A stretch of DNA of 38,305 bases from Tricharina praecox. Its lineage: Eukaryota. The notes under the pieces were generated by a model. The model searched no databases, was not told where the DNA came from, and saw only the letters and a program-made list of their open reading frames with translations. The position numbers and the translations under genes were made by a program. Of the stretch, positions 33,985-38,305 are shown in pieces. The stretch is from assembly GCF_024521635.1 (NCBI RefSeq), contig NW_026250445.1:124001-162305 (forward strand), written 5' to 3'. Positions within the stretch are counted from its first letter, which is position 1; the number at the start of each line of letters is the position of its first letter.

Positions 33985-35786
33985 GCGGATCGCCCCCGGC
34001 ACTGCCCGCGCACAGCCACTTCAACATGACTGCCCGAATCTGCGCCGTCCTCTGCATTCCCGGCTATACCTTCGCCCTCCCCCACTGAAGCCCTGTTAAT
34101 TCACCTTTCCATCTATATTCATCAACCACCTTTCCTCCCTCCTCCTCCAGCATCCTGCCGGCGATACTGGAGGACTTTTGACAGTATTCATCCACTTACG
34201 GACTTTATTCCGATCTGATCCCTCACCTCTCTAGGAGAGAGGGCTCCGAATTTCCGAGGAGGTGGAACGAATCAGGTCTTGGGTTTCATCAAGTTCCAAG
34301 TTGCCAAGTAGTACGCCAAGCTGCTTGGCTTCCTGCTTCTGTATTCCCTGAATTTATCGTGTGCTATTTCGAGTTGTCTTTGGCATTGTACTGTTGTTGC
34401 CCTCCCGCGTGTATTTTTTGTGTGATTGCGAGTCTGCTTCTATGTTGATGATTATGAGGGATGATGATTTCCCGCCTGGACTTTTTTGTTTTCTTTTTCT
34501 TCCTTGAGTTTCTCGGTTCCACGGCAGCGCACTGAGACTGTGGCGGTCATGAGCCCGTGAGTAAATATTTCGGTTTGGTTTGGGGGTTTAAAACATTTTT
34601 TCTTTTTCTTTTCACTATTACGCTTTTACTTTGTTTCTGGGGGTTATGGCTTGGTCGGGCTGGTTGGTCTTTTTCTGGGGGCGGGGCGGAGGGGGGGGGG
34701 GGGGGGGGGGGCGGTTCTGGTTATGTATGGGTTATGTATGGGTTTCCTTCTTGTCATGTCACGGATGAGTGTGTGTCTGTCTACAAATATGTATTCGAGT
34801 GTGGATTCTTGGGGATTTTATTTCTTATTGCCTTGGATTGTGTTTGTGTGTTTTTGCGTCCATGTGTTATGTGTGCGCTTGTGCTTGTGTTTTGTGCTTG
34901 TGGCTTTGATAAGTGTGCCTGTGAGTGTCTGTGTGCGGTGTACGGAGCATGTATTTCTTCTGATTTCTTTCATAGTTTTTCTTCCCAGCCGATCTGTCTG
35001 TCTGTCTATCTGTCTGTCTATGGAGTGGGGCGTGAAAACGGTGTTTGGTGAGATGTTTTTGATTATAGTTTTTTCATGTTCACTTTACTTGACGACTTTG
35101 TATGGGGGGGGGGAGAGGGGAATAAACGGGATATTTGTGAGGATTTGTGGGGATTTGTGGGAATTGGACGCGGGAATTGGAATTGAATATGAATATGAGG
35201 ATTAAAGACGATGTGCGGCTGTGATGTGATGTGATTTGATTGGGTGTGATGTTGATGTGATGTGATATGCTATTGTACTGCTATGATGTTATGCTGTTGT
35301 GCTAGCGATGAGTTACGAGTTTACAATGGACACTCGAGATGGAATTCTCTAGAGCAATACCGGTACCTATCGATGCTTCTCTCTCTTAGAGACGAATAGA
35401 CCTTCGATGCGGTGATGTCGAGTGCCCATTGCCCAGTTCCCAGTTCCCAGTACTCAGTGCCCACTGCCCAGTGTCTACAAGGCATTTGGAGTCTCGGAAG
35501 TTAGAATCTTGGAAGTAGGAAGTCGGAAGTTGGGTGTGGTAAATTTTCATACCAAGTGTGTGGGGTGCACACTTACCTGTTACACAGGAGATCACTCGCG
35601 CCATCCGCTGTCCGTCGTCCGCCGGTTTCGAAACTCTATTCTAGTCTGCTTTGCGGTCCTATGTTACTTTGACAGTAGGTTGGTGCTCGCTCCTACTTCT
35701 CGATCAATTTAGCCCAGGTAGTAGGTAGTAGGGAGTAGGTATCGCATCCTCCGGTTACCTACGATACATATTTCGCTCTCGCCGGG

Positions 35787-35856
35787 AGCAGCGAGCAGTG
35801 AGCAGCCAGAAGTGAGCAGCGAGCAGCGAGCAGTGAGCAGCGAGAAGTGAGCAGCG
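35787..35856 (+). repeat. 7-bp (GAGCAGY)n tandem array, followed by a (CTTCGAGY)x4 array near 35904-35933
   Basis: Directly visible imperfect units. Confidence 0.85.
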
Positions 35857-36619
35857 GGTATGATCTTAGAGTAACTATAGAATGACGAGCACGACGAGCA
35901 AGCCTTCGAGTCTTCGAGCCTTCGAGTCTTCGACGGCAAGAAGTCGACTGTCGAAATCGCCCATCATGTCTGTGCTGGGTCGAAGGCCGCAGGTCGCAAG
36001 CAACAGCACAGCCGCGTTGCTGCAATGGCTGCAATGGCTGCTGGATGTATACTCTAGTATCACAAGGCTGTGTCTAATATTCTCTGCTCTGCCGGCATAG
36101 AAACGGCGAAACGGCGAAAACTACTCTACCTACATCATTGGACGACGGGATACTGGTCTGCCAGGGGTGCACCGGTGGACAGGTGTACCGGTGGGCAGCA
36201 GCGGATCGGCATTGGTTTGGCACGTCGTACACACGTCTGCACAAGGTGATTGGACTTTTTTTGCGGGGGCCTGGCATCGAGTAGCACAATGAGACCAATA
36301 GGTGGACTGTCACACAGGGTAGACGATCGAGTTCCTGTGTATAGCCACAGAGCTCAGAGTTGCATATGAGCTGCATCTGAGCTATGCGTCCGTTTCCCCT
36401 ACGGGTTTGTTATGATATATCATTCTCTGATCGTGCGAACATTCCTAGGAACCCAAGGCAGCAGCTCATCAGCCACAGCTGAATACAGCTGAACAGAACA
36501 ACCAACGGAAAGCAGAGCGGTTATCATGTCGCGGTGGTCACTGGTGACGTCGCGCGTCCTCTTACTCCGCAAACTCCAGCGGTTGTAAAGTAAAGTAGGT
36601 AGTTGGGCACGATGGATGA

Positions 36620-37112
36620 GGCGGAGTCGAGAACAACTCGTCACCCAGGGATTGGAGGGTGCCCAAGTCCCTACTGCAGGGAGTGCCGCAGCTCTCACCA
36701 GACATCATTCGCCGCGACCTCCAGCCGGCGCGGCGCAGCACCCACGGCCTGATCTTCCGCGGCCCAGGATGCATCTTCACCGTGGGCACTGCCGCCCTAA
36801 CCGACCGCTTCCTGCTGAAAGACGACACCGGCGCCTGGTACCCTCTTCAACATCGACTGGTCCACGCTCTCGGGCGGCGGCGGCGTTGCCCCCGCCCTCG
36901 CCGCCTTCAGCATCAACCTCTGGCAATCCCACAGGTGCACGTCTGCCGGCCTCGTGGACCTGTACTGGGCCGTTCACGACTTCGACTTCGATTCCAACGC
37001 CGTCGACACTCTACCACGCACCTTCGCGCACTCGGAGATGACGCACGACATCACGCGGACCCTGGTGGCCACCGCGGGACTTCAGTCGCGAATTGACGAG
37101 TTACTTCGATAG
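36620..37112 (+). pseudogene. Frameshifted coding relic of unknown family
   Basis: Codons are strongly GC3-biased in the 36659 frame up to TGG TAC (36841) and then, after one extra C, in the 36843 frame (LFNIDWSTLSGGGGVAPALAAFSINLWQ...LVDLYWAVHDFDFD...IDELLR*). No in-frame ATG start. Confidence 0.45.
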
Positions 37113-37897
37113 CTCCCTGTGGGATGCGATGAATGCTCCGCATTCTCCCAGGATCCTGCCCGGGACTGGCCTCGCAATGTTTGTGGGTAGGAATACGAGG
37201 AAGGAGCAGGCTTGGTGCTTGGGTTAACTACCTACTTACCTACATACCATAGGTCGTTACGTGCGTGGATATGTACTCCACCAGCTTTGCTCAATGTCCT
37301 GGCGAGAAACAGGCACCTAATGCACTCTCACAGTCTCACCATGTATGTAGTACTTAGGTGGGAGGAGCTCGAGTGGCTCGACAGCTGATCGCCCGACTCC
37401 TGAGGATTTCTGCTTTCTTGTGTTCTATCTATGTAGAATACCTATTTATGTCTCTCCGGTTTTCCCTTCATTTCGTCAAGCCCGCCGCCGCCGGTCTCGA
37501 ACTGCGGGCTCCGGGCCCCGAGGGGCATCTCACAATTGCCGAAAAGATACCCATCATATATACTCCCGCATTTGCGAACGTCGAGTACATCAGTAGTTAT
37601 CGGCGCCGGCAAGTGGGTCTATACTTACTCTACCTACTCTATAGTACACTGGTAGACTGTAGTGATAACAGGTGATTGAACACGGATACCGACTGGTTAG
37701 TTTGTGGTGGATGGGTCGTAGGATTTATGCACATATCACTAGGTATTAGGTCCCAATAACTATCTCCTTCATTAACCTACTTAGGTAACTACGACTTCGT
37801 CCAGAATGAGCCTGCGAGTAACGATCATGATCCACCATGCGTGCGTACATACTTAGACAGGTTATGTACTGGTATCAAGCACACCCGCAGTGGCAAC

Positions 37898-38305
37898 CAG
37901 TGTTCTCCATAGTCCAGTCCAGTCCAGTCCAGTCCGTTCGGAGGTGTCTGTCGGCAGGACGGACTACCTAGTGCACCAGTAAGGTCGACGGGACGGACTT
38001 TAATCGACTGCAGTCGACTGGCAAGACCGGTAAAAAAATCACAAGGCGACATGAATCACAAGAGAAATCGCTGCGCGCGTATTATCGGTGGTTGTATGTA
38101 GTGGCTGAGGGAAGTATGAGTGTACTACATATAGTATGAGCACGGGCTGAAGATGACCCCGCTGCGTTGCTGGTACCTACTGGACGAAAGTGAACACACG
38201 ATAGTGGGAAATACTCATATTTGGTGGGGTAAGTGCTGAAAAAAAGTGGCACTTTTTTTCACTACCGGACTGCAGTCGACTGCAGTCCAACCCCGTCCAG
38301 CAAAT
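37898..38305 (+). mobile_element. hAT-like MITE / non-autonomous element running off the window end
   Basis: Starts CAGTGTTCTCCATAGTCC followed by (AGTCC)n. It has internal imperfect inverted arms at ~37990-38040 and ~38250-38298 built on the palindrome GACTGCAGTC, and is homologous to 10021-10176. The hAT assignment rests only on the CAG/TAG termini and subterminal repeats. Confidence 0.6.

Overview
Eukaryotic DNA from a filamentous ascomycete, judged from short GT/GC-AG introns with CTRAY branch sites and an AmdX-type transcription factor. Positions 1-10.4 kb form a tRNA-rich island. It holds tRNA-Pro(TGG), four identical tRNA-Ser(AGA) genes, an intact 9-exon MFS-like membrane protein gene with one GC-AG intron, a decayed HLTF/Rad5-like SNF2 fragment ending in a 17-bp minisatellite, and a 2-exon orphan membrane protein gene. 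From ~10.4 to 29.9 kb there is a ~19.5-kb stretch with no recognisable protein gene. It is packed with microsatellites and short tandem stutters and carries one complete ~1-kb non-autonomous Tc1/mariner element with frameshifted repeat-protein cargo. At 29950-33984 lies a 4-exon C2H2 + fungal-TF-domain gene (AmdX/Adr1 family, ~1191 aa). It is preceded by ~2 kb containing a single ATG, which sits between two candidate 5' splice sites, so splice choice could switch a uORF on or off. The window ends with a frameshifted gene relic and a hAT-like MITE whose relative lies at ~10.1 kb. All gene models were read by hand; no database search was possible.
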